Assembly (NCBI RefSeq): GCF_025526975.1
Contig: NW_026515676.1
Span: 496,001 to 560,000, forward strand
Reading direction: 5' to 3'
DNA length: 64,000 nucleotides
From: Fimicolochytrium jonesii
Lineage: Eukaryota
Shown here: positions 27,301 to 39,256 of the stretch, piece after piece
Numbering within the stretch: position 1 is the first letter of the stretch
Layout of the letters: the number at the start of each line of letters is the position of its first letter
Program-made: the position numbers and the translations under genes
Notes under the pieces: generated by a model
Told to the model about the DNA's origin: nothing
Database searches by the model: none
The model's input: only the letters and a program-made list of their open reading frames with translations

Positions 27301-29480
27301 GGTGCGTGGGCTGATTATTGCATCTACTATCCCTATTGCGCTCAGTACTCACATCATCTCCATCGACAGAGAGTCCGGAGAACGTCCATATTGACATTGA
27401 GGCGTGTAGCACGGTAGAAAACTCGCCGTCCAAAGATGATGGACGCCATACGAAAAGCGCACCGGCAACTGTGTCGCGAGATCCCGTGCCTGCAATTCAG
27501 GCATCGTCTAGCACGCGTGGCAGTACAGGAAACATGCGACGTCCGCCCACAGAACGACCTCCTCCGCTGGTTCGAAAACGTCCACGTAGGGTTCCTGTTG
27601 GCACGTCATTCATTAAGCCAGGGGCTGTAGCAGCTACGGCAAAGGCAAAAGCTAAGGATGAGGAGACGGGTCAGAAGCCGAGCCGGGACACACTGCCCAA
27701 TTCGGTGGACGACAAGGAGATGATGGAAATTGATGTAGTGAACGACACATCAACAGAACTACATCGCAATTCTCTTCTGGTGACGGAAACAACGGAGCTC
27801 ATGGCCTCAACGGTCATCATAAACGGTGATTTAGAAGTCCCCAACGCTCCGACCTCAGTTCCGTCAATCAGCAGGATGCACGCGTCGGTAATTAGCACTG
27901 GTTTCACCTCGACCTCCTCGCTATCGTCATTGGAAATGTACTCCGATTCTGACGACGACGAAGACGTTCCCCGAGACGGCTACGACAGCCCCGAAGCGGC
28001 TCCAGAGCCATCCCGCGATGCACCGCCAGGGGAAGTCATGTCGGACAGCGTGCCGGTTTGTGATAAGGCCGTGATTGATGAAACGAGCATGGAGTGCGAT
28101 ATAGATATAGATACCCCGGCTGCCCATGAACCCGGATGTGAAGAGGCGCCATCCAGGCAACCGATACCACAGGATCACGTTGCGGGTTCCAGCGCAGGCA
28201 TGTCCGACGGCCGTAGCGCGCCGGCCTCGGAGAGCGATAAGGTGATAGACGATGGAACGAGTATGCAATGCAATGTCGATACGGCGACCGCCGCTGAGCT
28301 CGAAGCCAACGAGAAATCGATCATACAGCCAATACCGGAGGCTCGGCCATCTGAACCCTCACACGAGTGTGCTATGGATGTATCGAATGGCGCTCGGGCT
28401 AACCTGCCCGGTATGCCCGAGCCGGGGATACAGAGTGATGCGACAATTGGCCTATCTCACATACACGCGCTTCAAACGGCCCCCGCTGCATCGTACGATA
28501 TGCTCAGCGCAAGCACGTGGCTATCCGATATCCTTGTCTCGCCACGGCGGTCGGTGCCCTCATTACGCAATTTGGCGATGGTTGCATTCAGGGCGAGCAA
28601 TCCGTTTATGACTGAGCAAATTCCTGTGGGAAGCGCGCTCGCGGACGAAGCCAAAAGCGGCATGCAGGCCCTTTTAGAGCCAGTTGCCAATAGAGGGCCT
28701 GCACAGCGGATGGAGGGGTCAGACGCAGAGGAAGCAGACCAAGTGGACTCGGACGAAGAGGAATTATGCGGATTTGTTTCACTGCCGGCGTCAATGCGCG
28801 TATCGACGACGAGTGCGTCCGCCCTGAGCCATCTGTTTATGCCAACGCCACGAAGCTGTTTGGAAGATTCGTTGGCGGACGGAGCCCGTCCGGTGGCCGC
28901 TACTCATCTGGGGCCTGCACAACCAACGGAGGTGTATTTCGAGGCGGAGGAGTGGGGCCGCGCCACCCGTGTGGAGCCTGCACAGCCAATGGAGGTGGAT
29001 TCCAAGGCGGAGGGGTCGGACCGAGAGGGAGACCGTCCAGTAGCCGCTACCTATGTCGAGCCTGCACGGCCGGTGGAGGTAGATTCCGAGGCGGAGGAGT
29101 CGGACCGAGCGGGACCAGGCGCAGAGGCACCCAAATCGGACGCAGATTCCGACACGCCATTCGAATTGGAAGACGAAACGACTGCACAGGCGTCCGAGGA
29201 GGAAATAGGACCTTCATCACTGGTGTCAGACTCGGATGATGAGGAGGAGCTGCAGATCGATCCCAAGCCCACCCTCCAAGCCCATCCGAACACGCACGCA
29301 TATGCCCTGGAAGGCCGTCAAGACACCGACCTATATGTCTCGGTCCCCTTCAAGATCAACCTGCTTGAATGCCCCGGCTGCCGCATGGATCTTATGAGCA
29401 TAATAACGCAACAGGGCGTGGACCACCACTGTCAGCTGGTCGTCCGGGCGCCGGTGGCTACAGTGGGTCAGAAAATGTAG
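24335..29480 (+). CDS. SET9: Histone H4K20 methyltransferase Set9/KMT5B-like with a C-terminal PWWP-like module and long acidic repetitive tail
   Basis: [83 protein letters not shown] and the fungal Set9 CQRCMRH..FG..WP motif. The 3' end is uncertain and may splice on to ~29684. Confidence 0.88.
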
Positions 29481-30173
29481 GTTTTTTTTCGGTCGCTGTT
29501 CCGGGCGCACGTGCCACGATTGGGGAAACCCTGTATTCATTTTTTTTCCACAACCCTTTTCCCCTCTGTATCTCAACGCAATAGTGACGGCGTATTCGTC
29601 CCGTTCGCGCCACATCGCCAACTTCCGCGAATGGCTCCAGCTGCCGGGATAGAGATGGGCACGCGTATGCAAGACCGCACATGACTTGGGTTGGGTCGGA
29701 TTACGCCAACCTTTCGTCTCCTTCTCTGATGTTAGCCCCCTTACCCCTAATGAGAACGATCGAGTGCACGGAAAGTACAAGAAAGTACATATATAGAGCA
29801 CAAAAAAAGGCCGGGTGTGGCAGGCAGCGTTTCAGGTGGGGTACTTAAACTCTTTATAGCTGGACTCTGAATACGTACAGAACAGATTGTGTAATATGAG
29901 GGGGCATGCGCTAAAAACCTATATGCGTATTATGACTGAATAGTGCCGACAAAACGTATACCATGACCATGAAACGAGCAACCTTCGACTTCCAGTAACT
30001 GAGGCTTTGTATTCAGAAAATGATTGAAGCATTACACGTAGAAATAAGGGGATGCAGAGAACAAAAATAAACACACCGATATGGTACACGGAGTAAGATC
30101 ACGACGAAATTTGGGAAAGAGCCAAGCACAATGCTAAGATACTCAATATATAAGGGCAGTAGAGCAACAACGA

Positions 30174-31641
30174 TCAAGCCAACTGCTGTACGGCCCTCGC
30201 ATCCTCCCTGCTGCAGGTAGCAATATGGTTCCTTAACAGAGCAATCTGGCTCTCCATGGATCCCAACAACCTAACCGCATCCAGCTGGCACATGCGCTTA
30301 ACCCTGTGCTGGAACATGCCCAGGTCCACTTCCGGCGACGAAGCGATGGTGAAAGGGTCGAACGGCGACGGCGACGAAGACGATGTGGTGGAGTCTTGGT
30401 TGGACTCGATGGATTCGCGGCGGCGCTTGAGGGACGGGTTCGTCGTCATTGGCGTGGCGGACGTGGAGGAGGGGTCGAGACGCGCGGTGATTGCTTCTGC
30501 GAACGCGTGTTGCATGGCGAAGGCTTCCGTGGTGTACGTTTGGTGTGGCTTGTGGATACCAGACGTGTTGTTGATGGACACGACCTTGACCATTGCTCCG
30601 GCGTCCTTCCGCAATGCAGCGGCGCTCGGCATAACCACAGCGTAGTCGGTGCCGTTGGCGGTGGAGACAATGGACAGCTCGACCGAAGAGGAGGTCTTCT
30701 GGCGGATGTTCGATGGGCGGTGGCATTGATACTGCTTGTAGTATAAGCCTAGAAAGGAAGGACAAGCGGTTGAGAAAAAGGTTCAACGTCGGGCGAGGTT
30801 GATCAAGGACAGGGTACATACCACATGCGTTGCACAACGGATGCTGCCTGTCAGCAGTGCGACGCCACAAGGGCGTCCGACTGGTCTTGCAGTTGAAGCA
30901 GATAAGGTTGCGAGTGTTTTCGCGGATTTTCTTGCGCTCAGCCTTTGTCAACTTGCTCATGTTGATGGGCGGAATGACCTGGAGTTCCGGTAAAGGGATG
31001 TCCACACTTGCGGAGACATTCTCGGGTCGGTTTGCGTTCGCCTGAAGCATCGACTGCGTCACTTGATGCTGATCCACCAACTGCTGGGCAGCAGAGGCTA
31101 CAGCACTTACAGTGGTTGCAGCGGAAGCATTGCTGCCCAAGGGCATGGAAGGCTGCGGGAGGCCCGAGTCTCCATCGACCATGGGCGGCAGTGAGAGCGC
31201 CCACTGGTTGAGCATCGGCGCGAGCGTAGACCCATCCGGTATCTTCATTCCAGATGCGTTCAAGGTCAATCCCAAGGTGTTGTCCGTGAAGCGATGGTCA
31301 GATGTCCACTGATATTCTTCAATCGGCGGAACATACTTTCCGTCAGGAGACAGAGGAGTGTAGAAAGACGTACTGTAGCTGGCGTTGTCGCCACCCGGCA
31401 CGATGTCACCAGCCAGGTCGGAGAAGAGAGGTAACTCGGCGAACTTGCTTGACGACGGCGAGGGCGCCGAGTCCTCAGATACCGGGCTGACGGGTTCAAA
31501 CCCGCCAGGCATCCAGTTCTGAGATGCCTCCGAGTTGAGAGGGGTCCCTGGGTAGTTACCCGTCGGGAAGAGTTGCTGATCTAGCATCTGCCAATCGGCA
31601 GATCCGTAGAACGAGAAGGTAGGGCTGCTGTTGTTGTCCAT
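30174..31641 (-). CDS. GATA zinc-finger transcription factor (CX2CX18CX2C)
   Basis: CFNCKTSRTPLWRRTADRQHPLCNAC|GLYYKQY after removing intron 30749-30821. Confidence 0.88.
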
Positions 31642-32402
31642 ATTCGGGAATGAGATGATTTGCGATGGTAGTGGATTTCTTTCGCTGAGGATCTGTAAGA
31701 TCCTTTCCGTTCGTGTGTTTGAGACTGCGTGCGTTGAAGCTTCGTGCGGTATTGAATAAGGTTGCTTTATTCGCTAATGATGGAGAGCGACAAGATTCGG
31801 CTGTTCGTCCGTTTCGAGTCAGATTGTAGTTGGCTGTTTTGGTTCAGGTTATGTTCGTTCGATATTGTAAACGTTTCGGTTTCGCACGGGGTTCTTTCAG
31901 TCGCAATCGCAGCCAACGTGTTCGCCGGATACAGTGAAGAAGAAGTAAGCCATTTGAGAAAATATAAGAGTATTGAATAGTTAGGTTGAAAGGCGTCAGG
32001 CTCGGATCGAACAGTATCCGAGCTGATAATAATAAGGAATAGAACGGCGATATGTGAATCCCCGAACAAGAAGGAAGGGTTTAGTTGGAACAGGCTTTGC
32101 GGCTGCTGAGTCCAAGCTGTCGAATGCTGGTGCGGAAGAGAACCGGAGATAGGGTTGCGGAATCCAGTGTGGGAAGAAGTAAGCGTTGCGCCTTTGCGGG
32201 CAGCTACTCGTCGAAGAGCGTGTGGTTGCGGGTTGCAGCGGGCGGGCGGGCGGGGGGTGGTGCGCTCACTACTGCTGTTGTCTGCGTCTCTCTTCTGTTT
32301 GCGAGGCACTCTGAGTTTTCCCAGTCCGTCGCTGGGCGGTGGGGATGAACGGGAAGAAGGAGGGAGGGTGACCCTGTGTGGGCGGCTATGCTTTTGGGAG
32401 GG

Positions 32403-32430
32403 AGTGTGTGTGTGTGGGGGGGGGGGGGGG
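32403..32430. repeat. (GT)n followed by a poly-G run
   Basis: AGTGTGTGTGTGT then a run of ~15 G, seen directly. Confidence 0.8.
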
Positions 32431-33012
32431 TTGTTGGGGTGCTATCCTATCGCAGGTTGCGCCCTCCCACTCTTGATTGCGATGAGTCCTAATACTGTTC
32501 TGGGGGACTCCCACCACGGGTGCGACGCTGATGTCCGTCCCATAAGACTCCCCATTACTAAACCGCACAAAATACTTGCATATGATTGGCAACCCACGCG
32601 CCTGGGGGCTGCTGCTGGGTGCGTGTTCCGTGTACTCCCGCCGCCTTCATTAGTACTGTGTGTGGAGAAATCGTGGGGAACAAGGGACCCATCCCCCGCG
32701 AAGAAAAACACACATGCCTCAGCTCACCGTCACGTGATCCCTCCAATACCTTCGACATTCGATCGACTCTGTATGTGCGGTGCCAGAAGAGAACCGAGAG
32801 AGATAACATAAGATAGTACAGTACAGTACCAGAAGGTGTAATTCCACTGTTAGATATGTGTTTGTGAGGTAAGCATGCGCGTGAGACTTTCCTCCATCAG
32901 AGGCTGTCGAATTTTGACGCTCGCTCTCTCCCTCACCTCTCTATCGCCCACCTCTCTCACCCACCTCCCTCACCCAACGACCGTCGAACTCCGATAATAC
33001 GCCCTCACCGAC

Positions 33013-34035
33013 ATGTCAAGCCACAAGCCCGGTGCCGTGCGGCTTCCGCTACCGCCGGGAAGCGGCCCTCGAGGGATTATCGGGGACGGGAACTGCCAGT
33101 TTCGCGCGCCTGCATTCTGCCTGCGGAGCAACCAACAGCAACACGGCGACGTCAGAAGAGCGCTCATTGAACAGATGGAGGCGGAGGCTGATGGACGGCT
33201 TAAGTATCGGGATGCGTTTGACAGGACCTTACTTGCCGCTCAACAAGAAGATCACGGGTATCAAGGGGACGGTCAACCGCTGAGCTTTGAGCATTTTCTT
33301 GAGGAGATGGGGAAGGGTGGCATGTGGCGACGAGACCTTACGCTGCGTGCACTGGCTAACCTTTACCTCGTCAACTTCGGTGTGTTCATTGCCCAGACGG
33401 ATGGAGGGGGGCTACTACTTCCATAAAGTCACGCCGGAAATGGGACCTGCGGCCAGCACATACTTCCTTATCTTTGATGGGAATCACTACGATGTGCTGG
33501 TCAAAAAAAGCACTGGGGACCCCATTCAAGCCTTGGACAATGTGGACGATGGGTGGGAAACAGCGCACGGGTATCGCGCAACGAAAGCATCGAAGAAGCG
33601 CCGCGTAAGTTCCGACACAGAACCTGAAAACGCCTGTAGAGCTAAGCGCCTGCCGCAGACAACACTGCAGACAACGGTATCCCATCAAATGCTCGACAAC
33701 GCCGACAAGCCGCAGAAACCGCTCGAACCAAGCTATGGCATCTTTTTGGTATGGGCAACGGCAAAGAACACGGAGAGGACCTTGGGAATTGCTCAGATCC
33801 CGAAGAAATACAAACTCGGTCTACCTCTGCAATGGAGTTGTCTGATTCCGACGCAATTCAATCCGAATCCGAATCCGACGTTGGAGGAAGCGACTTTGCT
33901 GATGTTGAAATGTCCAACATGGAGGCTGGTATCCACACTCCCCTGGATGAGGATATGCCGGATAACAGTTTGGCGTGCGATGATGAATCACTGGTTAGTT
34001 GGCTGATTGACATTGGACTACGTTTCATTTCCTGA
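33013..34035 (+). pseudogene. Frameshifted, intronless OTU-like cysteine protease relic
   Basis: IIGDGNCQFRA (catalytic Cys loop) is in frame 33013, but the His motif LIFDGNHYDVL is only in the +1 frame after the G6 run at 33406-33411. The typical WG.....L motif is degraded to WRRDLTL. A second apparent shift lies near the T-run at ~33745. Confidence 0.7.
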
Positions 34036-34141
34036 CATATGGAACATATACTCAGGACAAGAGACAGAAGCGACTTCAGAGAAACATGCGCCAACGGGAC
34101 AAGCGTGCAGTTGGTAAACGGGGACGGATTGAGGCTCCCTT

Positions 34142-34167
34142 TGTATGTATGTATGTATGTATGTATG
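34142..34167. repeat. (TATG)n microsatellite
   Basis: TGTATGTATGTATGTATGTATGTATG, seen directly. Confidence 0.85.
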
Positions 34168-34714
34168 CACATGTATGTGCATGAACACTCTAATCTCTTC
34201 CTTGACAGCCCTGTTCTAATTGCTATCGTCCTGCCGCGTGTAATTTGTCGGTTTGAGGGTGCAGGCGGCGTGTATTGCGAATGAGGTGTGCGGAGTGTGC
34301 GCGGTGCCCGTTGTGCGTGGTCATTCTACATACGTCTGCCTGTCCACGAAGAGATGGGAGGCAAACATGACACCCTCCCACTCTCTCCAGATCGCTTTCC
34401 TTCCATTCCCGTGCGTGAGATGAATCCTCCTTTCATGCGTCATTCACATCGTGAAGCGAAGGAATGCGAGACGTCGAGGAGCGTAAGGACGCAGCGCAAT
34501 TATGCCCCGAGGTGAAGCGCCGTTCGAAACGGGCAGTGATAGGTGCCTCAGTTCTCCGTCTCACTCGCCCGCCCCCCGCCTTTCCACCCAGAAAGCGTGA
34601 CTGCAGTCCACATGGCTAAAGTCCCACCCCCGCAACCCCAACCACCGTCTCCATCCTCCCGGTCCCTCCGTGCCTTCATGCCATGAAGCCGTACTGGCTA
34701 ACCCCTTCATATAT

Positions 34715-35163
34715 CTACTTCGCCGGCGACTCGACCCCAATATCGGTATTAGCTTCTTCCCACTTCTTCCGTCGTTCGCGCGAGGATTTTAGGCTTGAGC
34801 GTTTCTTGCCGATGTACTATGGGGAGTGGGAGAGGTGGGAGAGGCAGGGGAGTGTGAGATAGATCCGTGGGAAGATGCTCCCCTTCCCGTCTTGTTGCTT
34901 TTATCCGGAATCCCCTTCTTTTCCACTTCCTTATCGTTCTCACCCCAACCAGACTCCAGACTCCTCGGAACCCCAACGACCTGCCCGCCGTATTCCCCCC
35001 CTCCCCGTCATTCTCTTTCAGAACATACCTCCTTTCTCAAACATTTCTCCAGCTCCTCTTTGAGCACGTCGCAGCGGCCCAGCAAGCGGCCCCATAGGTT
35101 CTCGCGGTCTACGCAGGCGCGGAACTTGTCGCTGATGGCTACGCAGGGTTCTGGGAGGGTCAT
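34715..35163 (-). CDS. Twin CX9C mitochondrial intermembrane-space protein, Cmc1/Cmc2-like (78 aa, 2 exons)
   Basis: Exon 35163-35029 MTLPEPCVAISDKFRACVDRENLWGRLLGRCDVLKEELEKCLRKE, GT-AG intron 35028-34817, then exon YIGKKRSSLKSSRERRKKWEEANTDIGVESPAK*. Two exact CX9C motifs. Confidence 0.82.
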
Positions 35164-35177
35164 GTTTGGGGGTGACT

Positions 35178-35210
35178 GGTGGTGGTGGTGGTGGTGGTGG
35201 TGGTGGTGGT
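35178..35210. repeat. (GGT)11 microsatellite in the CX9C/RPE1 divergent promoter
   Basis: Seen directly. Confidence 0.9.
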
Positions 35211-35390
35211 AGGGTAGTGGGAGACGAGGGGGATGGAGGGAGTGAGACTGGGAAACGGAAGTTACTGTAACTTCTCCTAAGGCGCCTCCCCACCCCCACC
35301 CCCACCGACATTGCGGAAATCACCTCCACAGCGGACCCCCCGACACCCCCACAAACACTACTGCCCACTCGCTGTTTCAGCACTCCAACA

Positions 35391-36435
35391 ATGGCTCCCC
35401 AACCGAAAATATCGCCCTCAATGCTCTCCTCAGACTTTGCCTGTCTCGCCGACGAGGCGAAGCGCATGGTCGGCTGTGGCGCTGACTGTCTTCATATGGA
35501 TATTATGGATGGGTGAGTTGTGGGGGGTGTGAGGGGGATGCGGGCGTGGTAGGGCGATGGGGAGGGTGGTGGTGTAGAGGAGTATCGAAGTAGGACAGGC
35601 CCGCTTGTGGATGGACTCGACAGCCGGAAAGATGACCACTGACTTTTCCGTGATCTTGAAAAACACAACAGGCACTTCGTACCCAACCTGACCATGGGCC
35701 ACCCTGTGATCAAGAGTCTGCGGAAGCACACTGATGCGTTTCTAGGTAATTGTTTTTCATCCGTTGCTTTTGCCTTCGTGTACCCGCTTCCAAGCGCCAA
35801 TGCTCGTTTTCGTTGCTAGACTGCCATATGATGGTGTCGAACCCAGAACAGGTCAGTCCTCCAAAACCGTCCCTCGTCCAGTAAACATCACCTCCAATCC
35901 AGATACTGACTTTGATCCATAGTGGGTAGAAGAATTCGCCAAAGCCGGCGCCTCCATGTACTGCTTCCACTACGAGGCGACGTCGGACCCGGGCGCCCTG
36001 ATCGACAAGATCAAAGCCTCAGGGATGAAAGCCGGACTGGCGATCAAGCCCAAGACGGCCGTGGAGGTCGTGTTTCCATTCGCGGAGAAGCTGGATCAGG
36101 TGCTTGTTATGACTGTCGGTACGTATACCCCCATCTCGTGTCTCCCCCCCTCCTCGCTCGGCATAACCCCATTTGCTATTGTTTTCGCAGAACCCGGCTT
36201 CGGCGGCCAAAAATTCATGCACGACTGCATCCCCAAAGTCCGCACTCTCCGCTCCAAATACCCCAACCTCGACATCCAGGTCGACGGCGGGGTCGGGCCG
36301 GACAATATTGACCTTGCGACGGAGGCTGGGGCGAATGTCATTGTTGCGGGGACGTCGGTTTTTGGTGCGCCGGAGCCGAGGGAGGCTATTCGGGTGCTTA
36401 GAGAGAGTGTGCTTGTCAATGTTACGAATAAGTAG
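35391..36435 (+). CDS. RPE1: Ribulose-phosphate 3-epimerase
   Basis: [67 protein letters not shown] and [13 protein letters not shown]. Confidence 0.96.
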
Positions 36436-36651
36436 GTTCGGCGGTGTAGGCTAGGTGCAGGTGTAGGAGGGTTCTTTTTGGGGGGTGTAAATTGGAACGG
36501 CGATAGTTAAAGAATACAGTAGAATCATTTCATACATGTTGAGCATCTGGGCGTAAGAATTTGCATTGCAAACGAGGTAATATATTTTGAGACCATCCAG
36601 CTCTAGTACACTCCTTTACCTACTAAGACCCGGCTCGCATCCCATCACCTT

Positions 36652-38223
36652 TCATCCCGACCCAACATCTTGCACCTCCTCCTCAACCGCTTCCTCGTTC
36701 ACAGCATCCTCTACCTGCGCATCCTCCACATCTTCGTCCACTTTATCTTCCTCCTCTACAAAAACACCCTCTTCACCACCATCCTGCCCCGCATCTCCAC
36801 CCACTTCCTCCTCCTCCCGCTCAGCAACTCCAGCATCTTCCCCGTCCTCTACATCCTCCTGTCCCTCTCCCTGTTTCGGTTCGTCCCCACCCTCCTGCTC
36901 GGGCGCGCCGGCGTCCTCACCCTCGTCGGCGTTGGTCGTCGCTGCAGGGCTTACGTTCGTTTCGGCGGCGTCCGCAGCGTCCGTTTCGGATCCGGATACA
37001 GCTGTCGCGGCTTCGACCTCCTGCTCTGGCGACATCGCAGGCTCATCCTCAGCGATGGACGCATCGGCGTCTGAAACCTCAACAGCCTCCGATACCGACT
37101 CCGTGGCTGCATCTTCATCAACAACCTCGCCGGCCTCACTCCCCACCCACGCTTCCCCAGCCCCCACAATGCGCGTCGCCCCGCCCCCCCTTTTCTTCTC
37201 CCCAGCCTCCCGTCTCCTCCTTTCCCGCTCCTCCCTCTCCCCCCTCAAAACCTCCCTCCCAACACTCCGCGTCTCGACCCTCCACTCCGGGTCCAACCTT
37301 GGATGCTCCGCAACCCCACCCTCCGCAAGATACCCCCGCGTCATCACCACCCCCGCGTCCACGACAGGCGGGGCGCGCCGCGGGAGCACGGGGCGGATGA
37401 GCGTATCCGCGTCCCGGACGGCGTGGCGGGCGTGCAGGGTGTGGGCGGTGCGGCGGGTGCGGTCGAGGAGGGCTTTGCGGGTCCATTGGGTGTGCGGGTG
37501 GTCGAGGGAGGGGTCGGCGTCGGCGGTCAGGGCGAGGAGCTCGGTGGACCCGCCCGTGCGTGGTCTCCGCTCAGACGAGTCGAGCGCGACAACCGAGCGT
37601 GAATCGGCCCCCTTCAGTCCTGCCTCTCTAGGCGAGAGGATGTCGTCGATCGTGGCGTACTGCAGCATCTTGTCGCGGACGAGGAGGTCCGAGAGGATGG
37701 TTTTGGACGTGGTGAGTTCGGGGAGACGGGTCAGCGGGTTTGCGAGCGGTGGCGGGGGATTGGAGGGTGTGTGGGTGTGCAGGAGGTGCTGGTGTGTGTA
37801 GCGGTAGGTTAGGTGGGGTTCGGGGGCTGTTGCCGGGCGCTGTTTGGGGATCGATTGTAGGAAAACAGTGTGAGTTGGGGCAAATCCATCTTTTCCTCAA
37901 CCTTGTGCCCCACGTTCGGGATGATTACCTTATCCCCACCCCCATGATAGGTAACCCACACCCCCGCAGTCGCCCTCGGCACCGGTCTATCCGGCTCCGG
38001 CTGGCTCCACACGGCCAGAAACTTCACTCTTTTGCGCTGTTCGCTTGTTCCGCGGTGTTGGAGGTCGCATGTCCATGTCAATGGTGGAAGGGTTGTTTTA
38101 GATGACGTGGTAGATGGGCGGGGGTTGAGGTGGTTCTCGCTCCAGGAGGAGAGGAGGGAGGTTACGGCGACGTGGGCTTCGTGTTCGAGGGCGGTGGGGG
38201 GGCGGTGGATTGTTGTTGCCATG
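36652..38223 (-). CDS. AKAP14/AKAP28-domain-like (axonemal) protein with long acidic C-terminal tail
   Basis: KFLAVWSQPEPDRPVPRATAGVWVTY resembles the AKAP28 'RWSIPT.RKPIPRATASVYF' motif. Removing intron 37928-37840 gives LTYRYTHQHLLH, in frame with the 36652-37668 ORF. Confidence 0.6.
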
Positions 38224-39256
38224 GTTTTTGTGGGTTTTTTGTTGCGGGCATCAGTTCAAGGGATAATCTGAAAGCTGGCGAGTGGTAAAAGTTCTGCAGG
38301 GGAATATTCTCCGGCGTTTGTGCGAACACTCGTCCAGTCACTTCTCGGTTATTTCAACACCGTTGACCCTTCTTGAAATAAGCGAAAGTTGAAATATCTG
38401 AAATCCTCCTCATACGCAACTAAAACCTACGCTAAGCTCGGTGAACAGGCACTCCCTAGGCTAACTCCATAACCTCCAACCCTTCCTCACTAAGAATCTG
38501 GCGAGCAATGGAGGGCGCTTACAGTGCCTTGCTTGGCTGGAACCATTCTCAGATCCGTACGCACATACTCTGCGTGCAACTCCATCAACTTGGTCCTAGA
38601 ACATTTTCTTCCCTATTGAAGGAGAAAAGAATATGGTTTCTGGAATGCAGATGTTACCCTGCCATACGGGCGACCGTAAAGAGGGCAGCGAAAGCGGTTG
38701 CTCATGTCTCACGCCGTATGTACGAAAATGAACGTCGTCGACACCTTTGTTGCGTAGCCCATCCGACGGACGTGAAAATTCCGACGCCGGGGGGCTGATG
38801 CGCGTTGCTAGACTTGCCAGACTCGTCCGCGAAGCCCATTGGCTGCAATCCGGCCAACGCGTCTCGGTAAGTCCAGCAGGCCTGGTCGCATAGCCCTCCT
38901 CAACAACCTTCCCCCCCCTCCCCAACCCAACTTGGTTGCCCACGCAAAGTTCTTCAACGTCCGGCTCGCCATAGCTATACCGGACAGGGCTTACAGACCA
39001 CACAACCCCACCTCCGCATACCCCTGGGGCTCATAGTCTCGGCGAAAAGCCACAACTCACGAGCATTCTGGTACCCCCAAGGTGCGTTGTTACTGTACAA
39101 TAGTGCCTCCTCATTGCGTGTGAGAACGAGCTCGGCAGCGGAATATCGCTTGCATGGAGAGGCGCCCTACAGGCTTCGGGGCGTTGTAGGTTACTCTCCC
39201 TGCGCAATGTGCTGATCGTCAACTGTGCAGTTCCCTGTCTGGGCTACAACTTGGAA

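Noticed and set aside
36587..37801. 404-aa Ser-rich + strand ORF
   Set aside because: Antisense shadow of the Glu-rich minus-strand gene.
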